NCBI GenBank assembly: GCA_965649765.1
Contig: OZ287749.1
Coordinates: 73,284,001-73,348,000, forward strand
From: Bispira polyomma
Lineage: Eukaryota
DNA length: 64,000 nt
Reading direction: 5' to 3'
Shown: positions 25,201-40,600 of the stretch, piece after piece
How the letters are laid out: each line of letters opens with the position of its first letter
How positions within the stretch are numbered: the stretch's first letter is position 1
Position numbers and translations under genes: made by a program
The notes under the pieces: generated by a model
What the model saw: only the letters and a program-made list of their open reading frames with translations
Databases searched by the model: none
Told to the model about the DNA's origin: nothing

Positions 25201-25461
25201 AACACCTAAAAAAATTGTGTAAATTCAGGCATGGTTTGCTTTGTTTACATCCTGGAAAGGTGTATATATATATATATATGTGGACTATATTTGATTCATT
25301 TCCTGCTATGAGACAGCTTTTCAACTGGTAATAGGTAAGGTATATTGCATTTTTAAATATCTGTTAACTATTCGGAGCTAATAATACATGGCGACTAGCT
25401 TAACTTGACATTTTTCTGCAGCCGTTAAGTCCCCAAGGTGTAGACACATATCCCTCTCTTT

Positions 25462-25603
25462 TTAGAGATGGTTCCACTCCACTGCTATGAGGTTAGAGTT
25501 AGACTCTAAGTAGTGAGCTATCTCCTCAGGGATAGTGTGGGAAAGCCACAGTTTGTGGAGTTTTTTATACAGTTCGTCATTTAAATGGAGAGGGTTGCCT
25601 CGT
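25462..25603 (-). CDS. UBR2: UBR last coding exon
   Basis: RGNPLHL...KLWLSHTIPEEIAH...AVEWNHL TAA. Confidence 0.93.
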
Positions 25604-28600
25604 CTGCAATATACAAAACATATGATTAGTTTAGGTTAGTTGGTGATTAACTTCACCTTCAACACGTCTTGTGTCATATCACAAGGGGGGCAGTTAACTG
25701 GTGGCGGAAATCAGAATGGGAGTAGTTGGTCAAGGTTTTCTGCTCATCAAAACCACCAGCATTCAGCAAGTCTACTGCCAACTTTCCCAGATACATTCCG
25801 AGATTTAAATGCATAATGGCAGAGGTGGGAGAAAAGTGTGTCCCCACTACAGCATCGTGGCCCGACAATTTGAATATAATAGTGCTTACATATGTGTAAG
25901 ACTTGCACCTATTTTAGACCACATATTTAAACGAATATCAAAACGAAAAAGGTATGTCTGGAAACATAGCTCCCTGGTAAAAAGTAAACAGAGTTACACA
26001 TTAGTTAATATATGCGAGTTCATTTTTAGTCGTATATTGTGATGGTCAGGCTTATTGGTGGGTGGACACTTACAGTTTATGCTGGAAACCATTGACCTAT
26101 GACAAATACATGACAAACTTCCCACACGAGGGAAGCAGTAGGAGTCGATCCCACTGTCCTAAGAGGCGAGAGGCTAGTGATGCATAACCAGATGCCACTG
26201 TGACACCCCAAGTAACATGTTAGAGGAAGACCTAAAACCTGAATCCATATCTCTGTACCAAATTTGAATGACACAGTAAAAATAATTTGTCAATAGTGGG
26301 CCACCGAAAGATGGTGTCCATGGACGGACAGACCAATTCCAGTATACCCCCCCCTTAACTTTGTGTAATAACCTACACATATTACCATTCATTTTAATAG
26401 AGGTTTTAGTGAGAAACTTCAATCAGTATTTAGAGATCATTATTGTACAAAAAGATACAGCAGGATATAAGCTCAGAGTTGAAAACCTACAGAAAGTTTA
26501 CAGAACTTCTTACTGAATAAAGCAAATGGCTGCTGTTGTTCTCAACAAATTGGCTAAGCAGAGTTATGACTGTACATGTACTTCTATGTATTTCCATTGA
26601 TTTGTTTTTGTCATGTGATCAATTTTGTACATGTGGCAGACTTGCAGGGCTAAATTCTAAAATTCACTGGACAGGGCATGGCCATATTGAAAGTAGTCTT
26701 TCTTACTATCACAGCATTAGGGTTTAGTAGTGTTACCCTTAAAGTTTTACTATCACAACATTAGGATTAGCATTAGTGTTACCCTTAAAGTTTAGTGTTA
26801 TGTACTCATACGCTAAAATGTAACATGGCCATGCAGTGTCTAGTGAATACTAAAATCGTTCCATTTATAGATTTAAATCCAGTGTACTAAACCAACCTGA
26901 GGCCTGGATCTGCTTCACCATAGTCATCCAGGTAGGGAGGGGAGTAAAAACAGCCCTTTGTCTTGTTATTTTGCAGTAGAATTTGACACTCTCGGACCCT
27001 AGTAAAATGCAATAAACAGGAGTTTGTTGTTTCAATCCATAGACAGCATAAACTCTCCACGAGTAGAAAATATACAAAGTAGAAGTTCAGTACATATTTA
27101 ACCATAACCTGGTTCCTAGAAGTCCAAAGAACTATCCAATTTGTTGACATATATTCAGCTACTTCCTATATCAGAGACAGATGTAAGATAGTGGGAAGAT
27201 TTCCTTTATCTCAAGAAAATGTCTTGAATGGAAACACCATCAAAGTCAGCTATAAGGCTGTGCCAGTGTAATTAAACCAGTGTATTTGGCATAACCAATC
27301 AAAATTCAACCAAAGTGTTTTACCTTTGGTTAAAGGAGAATTGAAGCTTAAGTAAATCAAATCCAATAAAGACACTGGATGCTTTTACAGATTTATTATA
27401 TCTCAACATGAAATCCTGTGATTTCATTGGTTTAAACAGGACATGTTATAAACTGTAACCCAGGCTATACAAATTTCTTCTGTCCTCTGGTGTTTCCACT
27501 TGCTAGTTCACAACTGGACATTTGAGAATAAATTATTTTTTTTTTTTTCTGAATCCAAGAAAAAATTTAACATAATTTTAGATGGCTAAATAGAATAAAT
27601 AACGGGTTTCAGACAAGATCTTTAAATTCGTCGTATAGCCCTCTGAAAAGTGTGTGAATGCAATGACAAGGACTAACCCTCGTTGAAGATGTAAACCTCA
27701 GACCATAGACATACCTTTGTGTGATTTAATTGCGACAAATAACATTGATGAATCTTATAGTTCTGTTCCTCAACATTTTGGGTCATATTCTATGAACTTT
27801 GTTTTAATTTTGGTTTAATATTGCTTTCAACATATCTTATGTCCTATTGTGATGGGCTGGTGGAGGAAATCAGAGCTGGGTATTTCATCAAGGTTTTCTG
27901 CTCTGCAAATGACAGACCTTCAGTAAGTCAATTTTACCACATATATGCCAGCACCGGGATTAGAACCCTGAATTCCAGTGGTGTGGGGCGAGTGTGTTAC
28001 TGCATGTATGTACTATCACTATTTTACCAAGGCTTCCCCCCCCCCAAAAAAAAAAAAAAAAAAAAACAACAACAAAAAAACAAAACAAAAAAAACCCATT
28101 GCCCCACCTCAGGAAAATTCCAGTGCCAGCTCCGCAGATATCAGCATGTGCTGTAGCTGCACCTACAGGTGAGCCATCCAGTTCGGTCTGACAACAGTAA
28201 CTCTGAGAACACAACATCTCCCCACAGACCAGACACATGGTGGGTACACGGCTGTCATCTCCAGAAGAATTGGGACACCTAAAACAGGCACCAAATAATA
28301 GTATAGTAAAACCTCTAATAACCAAATTTCTGTCATCTGAATATTCAATTTTATGAACTCATTTCCAATCTCAAAAGTTTATGTTTCCCTATTTCTTTTT
28401 ATACAGGAATGCCTCTTCTATTTTATAAATATTCTATTATCTGAAAAAATTGTTGTTCTCCCAACATGTCCAGATAATTAAGGTTCTGCTGTATTTATTA
28501 AACAATTGATATTCATTCTATCTGATTGGTTTAAAGCCACGTACATTTATATTGATGGGTAGGGGTGCAGTAATAAATGTTATATTGAACGATTGTCCTT

Positions 28601-31600
28601 ATGTATCTGTATTAAGAGAAAAATACTGCCAGCTATTGTTAGGCTTGTTTTGCAGACAAAAATTTGTTTGTGTCGTTAAATTTTGGTTTTGCTCCTAATA
28701 AAGTTCATATTGTACCATTAAAGATGTAATAATAACAATTGATCAGTTGGCTGTAGTGTAGTAACATGTACGTGAAGGTAGACACTTGGATAATCAGCTG
28801 ACTGTACTATAGTAATACTTGCATGAAGGTAGACGCTTGATTGATGAGCTGGCTGTACTATAGTAACACTTACGTAAAGGTAGACACTTGGTTAATGAAC
28901 TGGCTGTAGTAAGACTTGCGTGAAGGTAGACATTTGGTTAATGAGCTGGCTGTAGTAAGACTTGCGTGAAGGTAGACACTTGGTTAATGAGCTGGCTGTA
29001 GTAAGACTTACGTGAAGGTAGACATTTCATTAATGAGTTTGCCGTAGTAAGACTTACGTGAAGGTAGACACTTGGTTGATGAGCTGGCTGTAGTGTGCCG
29101 GTAATGACACAAGTCTGTTCACTGACAGAGGGTAAGACACAAGCTCCACAAGCTTCTCTGGCTGTAGTTTTTTCTTTACCATCTCATCTGAACACCAACT
29201 GAAGCATATTGATTAAACTTAAACGCATGCTGAAACTAAACTACAACGTACAGTAAAAGTGAAGGTAGTGAACACCTCCGAACAATGTTCACCGTTACAT
29301 AATGGAAATCTAATTTAAATTTATGTTAAGTTTTACGTCGCTTTCAACAACTGTCCTATTGCGATGGCCAGGTTTAGTGGTGGAAGAAACCAGTGCTGAA
29401 GCACTGCAAACCACCGACCTATGGCAAGTACCTCGCAAACTTTCTCACATGAAGAAGGAATATGTGGGATTTGATTCCTAGAGGCGAGACGCCAGTGATT
29501 TTTAAGCAGACGCTTATCACCACTAGGCCACCGCGGCCCATCTCTATATAATAGAAATTAATAAGCACTTTTTCCTCAGTCCTGTTTGCCATTAGTGTAA
29601 TGTTACAGGGCCTCCAAATAGTGAACACCTCATAGTAAACATTTGGCCTTTTTTTTTTTTTTTGAATTGGGATATTTAACATCCACTTTAGTACCTGTTT
29701 AGGTTATATTGGGACGGGTAGTTGGAAACGCTGGAGGAAACACTGCATACAGTTGATCAAGATTCTGCACTGAAACCAGCGGCCCACAGTAAGAAACTAC
29801 CACCTTTCCCACATAGGCATTGACGAAAGTTGAACCCACGCCAGCTGATCCCAGAGGTGAGAGACCAGTGATTGTGAAGCTTGCTAACCACTAGGCCACC
29901 GCGGCCCTGTCTCATAAATGTGCACTACACGGAGGTTTTACTGTATAGAGAGAGTTTCTCATTAACAGGAAGAATCCAGAAAATGTTACTATTCATCTTA
30001 ATAGAGCTTCAAGCAAGAAACTCGAATATGCAGTCAGATCTTAGATATCTTTCTTGTAAAAAAAGGTATATTTTGGGTATGTTCTGAGAATATTTTGAGT
30101 TTAACACCTTTAATAAATACGGTCCATGGAGTATGTTAAATATGTGACAGAATAAAGACCTGAAATACAAACAAGTGGGTCAAATCTCCACTGTTTCCAA
30201 ACCTTTAGAACGTCTGGATTACTCCAGACATAACATAGATATACTAGACAGAGTACACTAATACAATGTAAAAGAAAATCACACATTTACAAAGGCTGAA
30301 ATTAGTGTGTATACTTCAATATTGGCATTATAGAACTTTCGAAAATTTAGTTTTCACTATAATATGGTTTTCTTTGTAGGAAAATACTTAACTATTTTTT
30401 CATGTTGTATTTACACTTGTCGTAAGTATTGTTTTTCAGATAACAGATATCGCCTGTAACTGTTAAAACATATCAAGTACAGTGGAACCTCTGAACATGT
30501 TGGGACAGCAACATTTTGTTTGGATAATAGAAGGTTAATCAAATAGAAAAGGCATTTCTATACAAAGCAGTTGGGAAACATACAGTTGGGAGAGTGAAGC
30601 TGACTTCAAACAAATTTGAATATTTGGATGATAGATGTTAGGATAGTAGAGGTTCTACTGTGTATGCAATTTTGGATGATTGTTAGATTAATAAAACGCA
30701 AACTGTATTTACAATTTGATTGAACTATAAAATACGAAGCACTCCAACCTTGTAACAAGCTGTTTTATGAGGTGTCCTGAAAAGTATAATGACAGGTCCG
30801 TTGGTAAGCCCAGGTAACGGCATAGAGCTTCAAACTCGTCATTGGATGGCAAATTGGCTGGAAAGTAAAGACACATCTTAAAACAATGATTTATGTTGTA
30901 AAGCACATTTACCCATATTTAATAAACTTGTGAGAATAAGAATTCTTCAGATTCATGAAATGTTCATGAAATTTGATGCAAGGGATTTAAAAAAAGTTTG
31001 TTTAATCTATATTAAAACATGGAATAACTGGTACAACAAAAGTATAGCAGCAAGAAGATATTACATAAAATACATAGAAATATACAAAAACATAAATTAT
31101 AAGAATGGTAGTACAAGATCACAAGAATGGTAGTACAAGAATGTTTGTGAATATAACCCTTGGATAAGATGTGTGACTATTAAATACAGATATTATAGCG
31201 AGAATACAACAGATATTATATTTCTTGTCTTGGGAATCTAACCGAGCACATCCTTATCACCAGACCAACTCCCTAACCACTAGGTCATGGGACACCAATT
31301 CGTAAATTAATCACCAAATAAAGTAGGTGCCCCTGGACTTTATTGCTATATTAAATGCTACTTACACTGGAGTATATCCGAGGGTTTTATGGCACTAATA
31401 TAATGGAAGAGCAAGGCACAGCATCTAAGGAACGGAAGCATGGCCTCTTTGAGGTGGGACAACAGCTGCCAGGCTGAAGGCTTCATCTCGGACGTCAAAC
31501 TAGATGTAAAAACCAGATATCAAACAAAATCTCTCCATGGCCTCAGAGATTACATTGGCGACAAGCTGTTGGTATGCTAAATGTTTTCAGCCATGTGAAA

Positions 31601-34600
31601 AAAAGCAAAAAATGTTTTTATCAGCCGTGAAAAAGACAATAAGATACCCGAGGGGCAACTCTTGTTTTACATAGACACTGAGGAGCTTCAGTCATGTAGT
31701 GGGAACACACTTGCTTTGTACACTGGCGTTCCACCTATGCATTCCCCAAATTTGATCCTCCGCAGGTACATGCACATGGGAAAACATTGGTAATAGACTT
31801 ACTGAAGGCCGGTGGTTTGCCGAACAGAAATCCAAAGACCATGTTCTGGTTTCCTCCAATACTGATGTATTGTGATATTCTGACACAGGACATGTTGAAA
31901 GCGATGTTACACCCAAACTAAACTTAACTGTCCCTAAGGCTTTAAGAGTAGTGATTTCCAGGCAATTCCTGATTTTCACAGGTGGATACTAGATTCTAGA
32001 ATAATTTTAAAGTTAATGTTTTGAAAAAGAAATAAAAATTTTGAGATAAAAAAATTATATATTTTTGTTTTACTCCAGGCTTTTGGTCTCTCTAGTTCAA
32101 ATTGTGTTCAAATAAAACCTAGACTTTTACGAAATGCTAACTGAACAGTAATATTTCCTTTTGTTTTTGGTTTACTTACCCTGCTTTATGTCTGAGCTCC
32201 ATATAAAACTGGACCATGATTTCTGCATCAGTTAGTCCTTCTATTTCCATGGAATCTGTGAAAAAGAGATATATTGTTGTATTATATTCAAATTTATACT
32301 CATTTATACACCTTTATCCGACATCAAAAGCACTTTTCTTGACTGCCTAAATACAGCCAACCAACACCACTAACTGTCACTCTCCTGACTAAAGAGAGAG
32401 GCTTGAGGATGACCCGACTTATCACTGACCCCAAGGTTCTTGAACCTGTCACCAGGGAAAGGATCCAATGATATAGGACCACCAGTAAGGTGGTCATCTG
32501 AGGATGTACCTGCCTGTACTTGAGAGCCCCAAGCTGGGGGTCAAACCAGCTCCTCTGCCTTCCCAAAATAGTATTTCACTTGGCCACTGCGGCAGATATG
32601 ACAATTTTATTGTCAGACCTGACAATTTTATTTCCATAAAATTTTTAGTTTTTTTTAAAAAAGAACATCAAATGACAAACATTGGATGTACCGGGACTCT
32701 TACTATCATAGATTTTAACTTCTAGAAAATAAAAAATTGAAATACAGTATAATCCCAGTTATTCAAACATCCATTATCCAAATATTTGACTTTTTCATGA
32801 ACATCATTTCTCCCTCTCAAATTTATGTTTTCTTTTTGAACAGAAAAGTTCATACAGAAACACTTATTTTATTTTACAAACCCTTTCACTATCACAATAA
32901 AATCTTGCTCTCCAATATATTTGATGATAATTTATATAACAAAGTAAGGGTTGCATAAAAAAAATATAAAATTATCCATGACTTTTTAAAGTTTTAAAAA
33001 ATTCCACGATTTTTACGCTACCGTTTTTGTTTTCCTGGTTTTCTGACCTGTGGAAAGGAACCCTAAAGATTCTACTGTTCTAATTATAATCCATTTAGTT
33101 TAGTCACTTACCATGGGCTTCCAATTTCGAGGTTAGCATGACCTGTACTAAGTGAGCTGTGGTGACCAGCTCCAAAAGGTGCAGGTCGTTGAGATCACAC
33201 TGAGGCAGGCGTATCTTGGAGGAGGCAGCGTCTTCAGTCTCCATGTAGAGAGCAGGCAAAGACATACAGACACTGACCAGGAAATGGAACATGTCTATGT
33301 CCAGGAGGCCAGGGGTTTCCTGTAGCCGCTGGGAGGGCTGATCACAGAGCAGGGCTAGAAAGGGTGACATTATAAACTGAAAATTAAAAGAGGCCAGGGT
33401 TCATCACAAAGCAGGTTTCAGAAACACAGGTAAGAGTATTAAGACCCGAAGTGCCCCGTGAACAAAACTCATAAAATTTTCCAAATATTACTTGTCCATT
33501 TCTAGAATAAAGGCCAAGAAGGTGGAGCCACAGAACATGGTAAAATAGCCTGGAAAATAATATTTTGGGGTTGTTCATAACAGTGAAATTCAAGGAAATA
33601 CCATAACAGATGGTCTTTATAATATAGATAAAGTCCTGACACTTATTACTTTGAAGAATAGGGGCCGCTGTGGCCTAGTGGTTAGCAAGCATTGCGCTTC
33701 ACAATCAATGGTCTTTCACCTCTGGGCGGCGTGAGTTCGAATCCTGTCGATGTCTATGTGGGAAAGGTGGTAGTACCTTACCGTGGGCCGCTGGTTTCAG
33801 TGCAGAACCTTGATCAACTGTATGCAGTGTTTCCTCCAGCGTTTCCAACTACCCGTCCCAATATAACCTAAAACAGGTACTAGAGTGGACGTTAAATATC
33901 CCAATTCAAAAAAAATACTTTAGCGAATAATAAACAGCCTTCCAGTATAATGGACAGGCTTACTATTATTCCACCGGAAATGTCCATTATTCGCCAAACA
34001 AAGTATGCATGTTCAGTAGTTATCAGTTAATCACCTGACCGCCTTGTCTCTTCACAAATTACCAGTTAACCACCATTATTTCCTTGTCTCACATATTATC
34101 AGTTAATTACCTGAGAGCATTGTCTCATTTATTACCATTTAACCACCTGACTTCCTTGTCTCTCATATTACCAGCTAACAACCCAACTGCCTTGTCTCAA
34201 TTACTACCAGTTAACCATCGGGCCACCCTGTCTCCCATATTATATCAGTTAATCACCTGAGAGCAGAGTGACACAATGTCTCTGTACCACATCTTTCTGG
34301 AGTACATTACTGGAGACGGCTGCAAACCTAACCATAGAGTTGAGACAGTCTTCTTGTCTGGTACTCAGAGGCCCAAACACGGCCTGCTTGTCATGGCGCA
34401 ACAATTGTTCTACAAAACATGGTGTACAGAGATTAAGTCAAACACTGGATAGTAAGGAATTTAATCTTACTTAGCCACAAAATATAGAAGCCCCATTACC
34501 TGAACATTTAGCAACACGCAGAAGTTTGTTTTGTATTTAACCCCATTAAAATGTTTATCTATATTGGCACTATTTACCACATTGTTTTTGTTCTTGGTCT

Positions 34601-37600
34601 CTGAGATTGATAAGTAGTGTATGGATATCAAGATCATAAACTGAAGATATGTTACCTTGAAGCAGGTCCTTTACTACAAATACAGACCTACATTATCACT
34701 TGCATCCCTATTTTTTGCCATACTGTAACACTTTAACCATTTTTACTGCCAATCTTTGCTGGTTTTTACGTCATATCTTTTAAAGAATACTATTTTAGGC
34801 TTATAGCAGTTTCTAGTATTTGTTGTTAGACGGTTGTATTAGTCATGTCAATATGACCTAACAGCCCTCCAACTGATCTCAGCTGGCTTTAATGTGGCTT
34901 TAAACACGCCTTGCGTCATGTCACAATGGGCTATTTCCTGGTGAAAGAAATTAGAACAGAGCAGTCCTGGTTTTGTGCCCTGCAAAATCACAGGCCTTCA
35001 GCAAGTCTACTGCATACATTCCAAAAATTACACCAGGGCCGAGATTTGAACCCATGAGGGCAGAGGTGGGAAGCAAGTGTATTTACCACCACACCACCAA
35101 GGCCTCAGTTGGCATATATCCCCATCTCAACAGCTAACATTCTGCAATTATGAACTCATCCAAAGAAAGCTATTGTTAGTATCTCTTACCAATGGTCATA
35201 ATGGTGAAAGCACAGGTGTTCCAGGCTACCATAGGGATACGTTCATTCTGATCATCAGGTAGAACACCCAGCCCAATCTGTACAATACATGGTCACAATA
35301 CTCATAGCTAGTACTCAGCATATCATAAAAATATAACAAACTAAAACAGATTAGTAATTACAGCATAAATCAAGGCTGTTATTCCTTATAGATACAAACA
35401 ACATACACACGTTACTATTTATTTTAATAGAGCTTTCAGGGCTAAATTCAATTTGCAGTATTTCCCTAAAATTTCTTGCTGTTTTGATTCATTATCAATG
35501 ACTTTAGAACAAATTTACCAATCACAGGAGAGGGTGTAGCCATGTTGTACTTTGGCATATAAATACATTGTTTATACAAAAATATTAATACTAGTTTAAA
35601 CCTGTAGGATACGACTATAACCTCACCAATACTACTATGATAGTAATAAAGTGGACCTAACCCAATTCAAAGATATTTAACCCTTTCAACTCCTAGGTTG
35701 GCTACTACCGGCAATGGCATTTGTTACTTCCAGAATCAATTCACACTTATTATGTTCATGAAAAACTCAAACAATTATGTTTCACAATTTTTCATATATA
35801 TGCTTTTTTTTAAGACAATGCAAATCCTTAGATAAAGAGAACGAGTTTATTTTCTGAAAAATCTGTTACTCATTGTTAGCTTTTATCCCACTACATTTTG
35901 TTCCTGCATGTTTCCACTCGGTCTTACAATCTTAAATTATTTTTATTGCAGAACTTTAAATAAACAACTGCTGACTTACCCGATACACATCTTGAGAGAA
36001 CTTTTTTAACATCTCATTAATACTGTCTGAAAAGTGGGTACTGAAAAAGAAGTGATCAACGAACACTGTAACTTACAAAACAAGGTAAAATCAACAGTTT
36101 TCAGAACTTCTTTAACATGCCATAAAAACTGTCTGAAAAGTGGGTACTGAAAAAGAAGTAATTAACGAACACTATAACTTAGAAAACAAGGTAAAAATTA
36201 ACAGCTTTCAGAACTTCTTTAACATGTTATTATTACTGTCTGAAAAGTGGGTATTAAAAAAAGAGTAATCAATGAACATTATGACTTAGAAAACAAGGTA
36301 AAAATCAACAATTTCAGAAACAGACTCCGTTTTTCTACATCAGGCATAGCATGATCTGGAAAATTAGCGTCAGTCAATGAATAGTAATAAATAAAACTCA
36401 AGACAGAATAAATCCCACTTATATATATCATGTATGAGCTAACAGGCCAAGGCCCGATATTTATTTTTCACACTGATATAAAACACTAAGGGCGGAACAA
36501 GTAGTCGGTGAATCTCCGATGGAGCGGTTCGGCTTGTGGCTCGAGTCAGAAATGGGAAGCCGATTACTCGCTAAGTTTACTTCCGACACACATACAACAA
36601 ATTAAACCGTATATACACATCAAATTATATTATAGACATCAAACCTAATATTTTCCCCAATAATCACCCCTTTCTTTAGTATTTACAATGTATATATTTT
36701 TTACGGTTGGCAGGAAATAAACAAAAACAGCCTTATTTTCGTTTGGGTTAGGGTTAAAATACATTAGCAAGTATTCGGTACCGAATAGAGTCTCACCTAG
36801 CGAGTAACCGGGGCCCATTTTCCGGCTCGCTTGCAGCCCTATAAAATACACTTTTACAGAATTTTATTCACAACTACAATGTACATATATAATCCCTGTA
36901 AAGTACAATAGCTAATGCAGGCCGACATATAACAGGATTTGGCAGCATTGATGTGTGTGGTCTTGGCAATGATAACTTAAATGAACTTCCAACAATACAC
37001 AGTGTGCACCACAGAATGTTTTATTACTCAAATGATAAATTGAAGCCACAGTCTGGATGTAGTCATATTTATATTAAAAGTTAAAACACACAAGTTTTGG
37101 ACAATGTGACTCAGTTTGTACTGTAAACATCAATGTGATCCAAGATTCTAAAAGGTCTATATATCTAAAGCATACTTGCTTGCATTCAAACATCACACTA
37201 AAATCACGAGTCCATATTCTCCACAGAAACTCAAACCCAACTCAAATGGAACCAATTTGTTATTCCTTGAAAATAATCCGTAATAGCGCTGAATCTCCTT
37301 ACTAGCGAATTCTAAGGCGCATCAACCAATAGTCATGTACTTGTAACCATTCATTTTCATGAAGCTATCAGTGCTAAATTCAACTATGCATTCAGATTTT
37401 GTCTAACACTACTCTAGCCAGAGGAAATAGGGTGATCTCAGATTTAAGCCTGAGCCCATAACTGAGTGTAGAAATTTTGGAGCTTATAGCCAAAAAGTTA
37501 TACGGATCGGTCATTTATCTACATACAGTACTATCTACAATTATTCTCTTCCAAATTTATGTTTTTCTATTGTTTTATACCTTAATGTCTTTTTTATATT

Positions 37601-40600
37601 TTTGGAGCTTACAGCCAAAAAGTTATACGAATCGGTCATTTATCTACATACAGTACTATCTACAATTATTCTCTTCCAAATTTACGTTTTTCTATTGTTT
37701 TATACCTTAATGTCTTTTTTATATTTTATGGACCTCCTATTATCAAAACAAAGTCCTACTCTCCTGACCTGTTCAAATACTAGAGGTTTAACCGTAGTTT
37801 TTCAAGAAACTTCTCTTCACAATTCAGTAAGCTTAGAATACTGGCATATAACACATACCTGGAGTCCACATAGACATACTCAAACATGACCTGGAAATTC
37901 TTGGCCACACTTTCAGCCATCATTTTGGTGATAGAGGACAGAGGACATGGGACAAATAGGTAGTTCTCATCTGTGGGAAAATAATACAGCACAATTAATG
38001 AATAGTGAGAGATCCTCTTGACCTGCCTAGTCTATATTTGGGGTCCTAACCTAATTAAAATTGTGTCTTCCTAAAAGAGATCGGCTTAGGTAGTGTCATG
38101 ATTTTTCGTTACGACCGAGCTGACTTTTGGCAAAGTTGTAGTGAGCAGTTTAGTTGAACCAGGAAACCTCTGACCATCAGACAACTCCATAACCACAAGA
38201 TCATAGCAAACCAGGAAACATAAAATATTCTTTTACTAATACTAAATTTAGAACTTTCTTAAGCAACCATCAATCATGAAACTGCACCATACAGTTGCCT
38301 CAGCCAATAAAAATTGTTGTAACAAAACTTTCACACAAACAAGGAGACAGTGTCCTGGTGGTTTTTAAATGCCCAATTGCTTTAATATCAGTGGCCACTC
38401 ATCTCTCAGGACAGTGGGTTTCGACTCTAATTCTTTCACATGGGACAGTTTACTAGGTACCAGCTGTAGGTGAATGGTTTACAGTACAAAAATGGTACTG
38501 TTTTCCTCCACCAATAAATCAAGCTATCACCTCCACCAATAAATCAAGCTATCACAATATAACAAACCCCAATAAATTCAAATTTGCAAGAAAGAACATA
38601 TGTAAAATATCAGCCCAGATGAGCATACCTTGGGCTTCTTTCTCCTTGGCATCCTGCACACTACTGTGTACTATTTTCTGTATGCCATCCAGCCAGTCAT
38701 CAAAGCTTAGGTCAATCTGTCCATCGTCATCTCTGAATAGAAAACAAGCAATACATTTCAAAAGTACAGTGAAAACTTTTTTATTCAAACATGTTGGGAG
38801 AGCAAGATTTGAACAGAAAACAAGCTAAGCATTTCAAGATATATTATCTCCTACATACCTATGAGTATGATCTAAAAGTAATCTAAAGTACTATTATTAT
38901 TACTGATAGGAACACTACTTTTGTATTTCATTACTTACAAAAAACTTACCATAAGATCATTTTGGGAGAACAAAGCTTTGTTCGGATAATAGAAGGTTTA
39001 GAACATAGAAGAGGTACTAAAGTATAGGATAATGTAAATTTGGGAAGGTGAAAATGAGTTTATAAAATTGAATATTGGGATACTAAAAGTTTGTATAATT
39101 GATAAATTTGTTGGTTTATAAACAGGATTACACAAACATACTGAACTGAGTTAAACAACAGAGGGACAGTGCATGAACCATAGAAGAAACCATTAAATTT
39201 TTGGAGTAAATCTGGGTAAAACAGAGTCAGGAATATATTTTGAATTTTTGTTGGCACCTTGGTAGAAGTGCGTACTCTACTGAGTATCTTTCTATTTGAT
39301 TAAGTTTTCACACAGAAAAGGGTCAGTCCAGTTTTTATTGTGTTTACTTACTCTAGTGTAACAGTAAATTTTACCCCAAGCCTTACCTTTCTAGTTTTAA
39401 CGAGGTCAGGTAAGGGACAATAGGTATCACAGTGTTGCTAAGGGTCTTGCAGTAAGGACAAAGGTATTCAAAATTGGAGGCGTCAAAACTGATGTGACTT
39501 CTAAATCTTGCACTTCTCCTTCGCTCTTTCTCTAGTACATTCTGATAATATCTAAAGCAAGAACAGTAAACAAGAAAACTTGTATATTATACAAAACAAA
39601 CGTACACTCCCAACAATTTTTTCATTGAATCATTTTCAATAATTCTATTATGCAATTGTTTGTTGTCCATGGAAGAGAAACACATACTTCACATTTAATT
39701 TTTAGTCATCCCCTTTGTAATTTTTTCAAAATACCATAAACACAGCAGAGAATTCCAACTAAAACATATTCTTTTGGGGACAACTCCCCTTATTAAGTGT
39801 CAACAGTTTTAATACAAAGGCTTATTTTTCTGCATTTCCCATGCAAGTTTATTATGTACAAAAAAGAAAGTTATTATTTCATCAGCCCTTTAAGGTTTTA
39901 GTAACGTAAACACATAAACGGGCCGGGAACAAAGCATGCTATTATTACGAGAGCTATTTCTACTCTGTAGATCAACTATGAGGACTTTAAAAGTACACTT
40001 TAGTAATATTTTTAACCATTTTTATGTGTCCAGACAATTCAAAAGGTTAATAATATGCTACAAAACAATAAAAACACCCATATAACCATCCCCGTGTTGT
40101 GACGTCACACAATTTGAAAATCTATGTAGAACGTCATATTTGTAAACAAGTCTTGGAGAGAGTCCTTTCTATTGTGACATAATACGAGTATTGATCCAGC
40201 ATATATCAGTACAAGATATATGCTACACAACTTTATAAAACATGTATATTGTTTTGAATGAATTACATTTTTAAATATGTCTCCTTATGTTATATAAACG
40301 AAGAATACAAAATATCTTTCTATTTAGAAGAGTGTAACTTTTAAGTTTTACTAAAATTATCCCCGTTTTTGTGCTTTTATTAAAAAACGAATTCATTCAA
40401 AATATTGCTGATGTTTTCATTTTTCTTGTCATGTACAATACTTCAGTATTGATCCCTTCTTGGTATATGAATTGTGTCACGTTTGTGAAGTATGTACTTT
40501 GAAAATATTACCCATTTTAGTTACAATTTTACACACTACTATATGCATTGTATGTCTCAAAATATGTATTAAAATGACACATAAAATATATGAATTAGTA

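Noticed and set aside
22300-25461. UBR 3' UTR and polyadenylation site
   Set aside because: Several AATAAA candidates on the minus strand; cannot choose without transcript data.
27821-28191. Lys-rich ORFs
   Set aside because: Produced by poly-C/poly-A tracts and the antisense strand of a UBR exon.
28745-29094. CRISPR-like array
   Set aside because: Head-to-tail repeats without unique spacers, in a eukaryotic intron, derived from the adjacent exon.
33661-33750. tRNA gene
   Set aside because: A/B boxes present but no cloverleaf; continues into a repeated body with an A-tail, so it is a SINE head.
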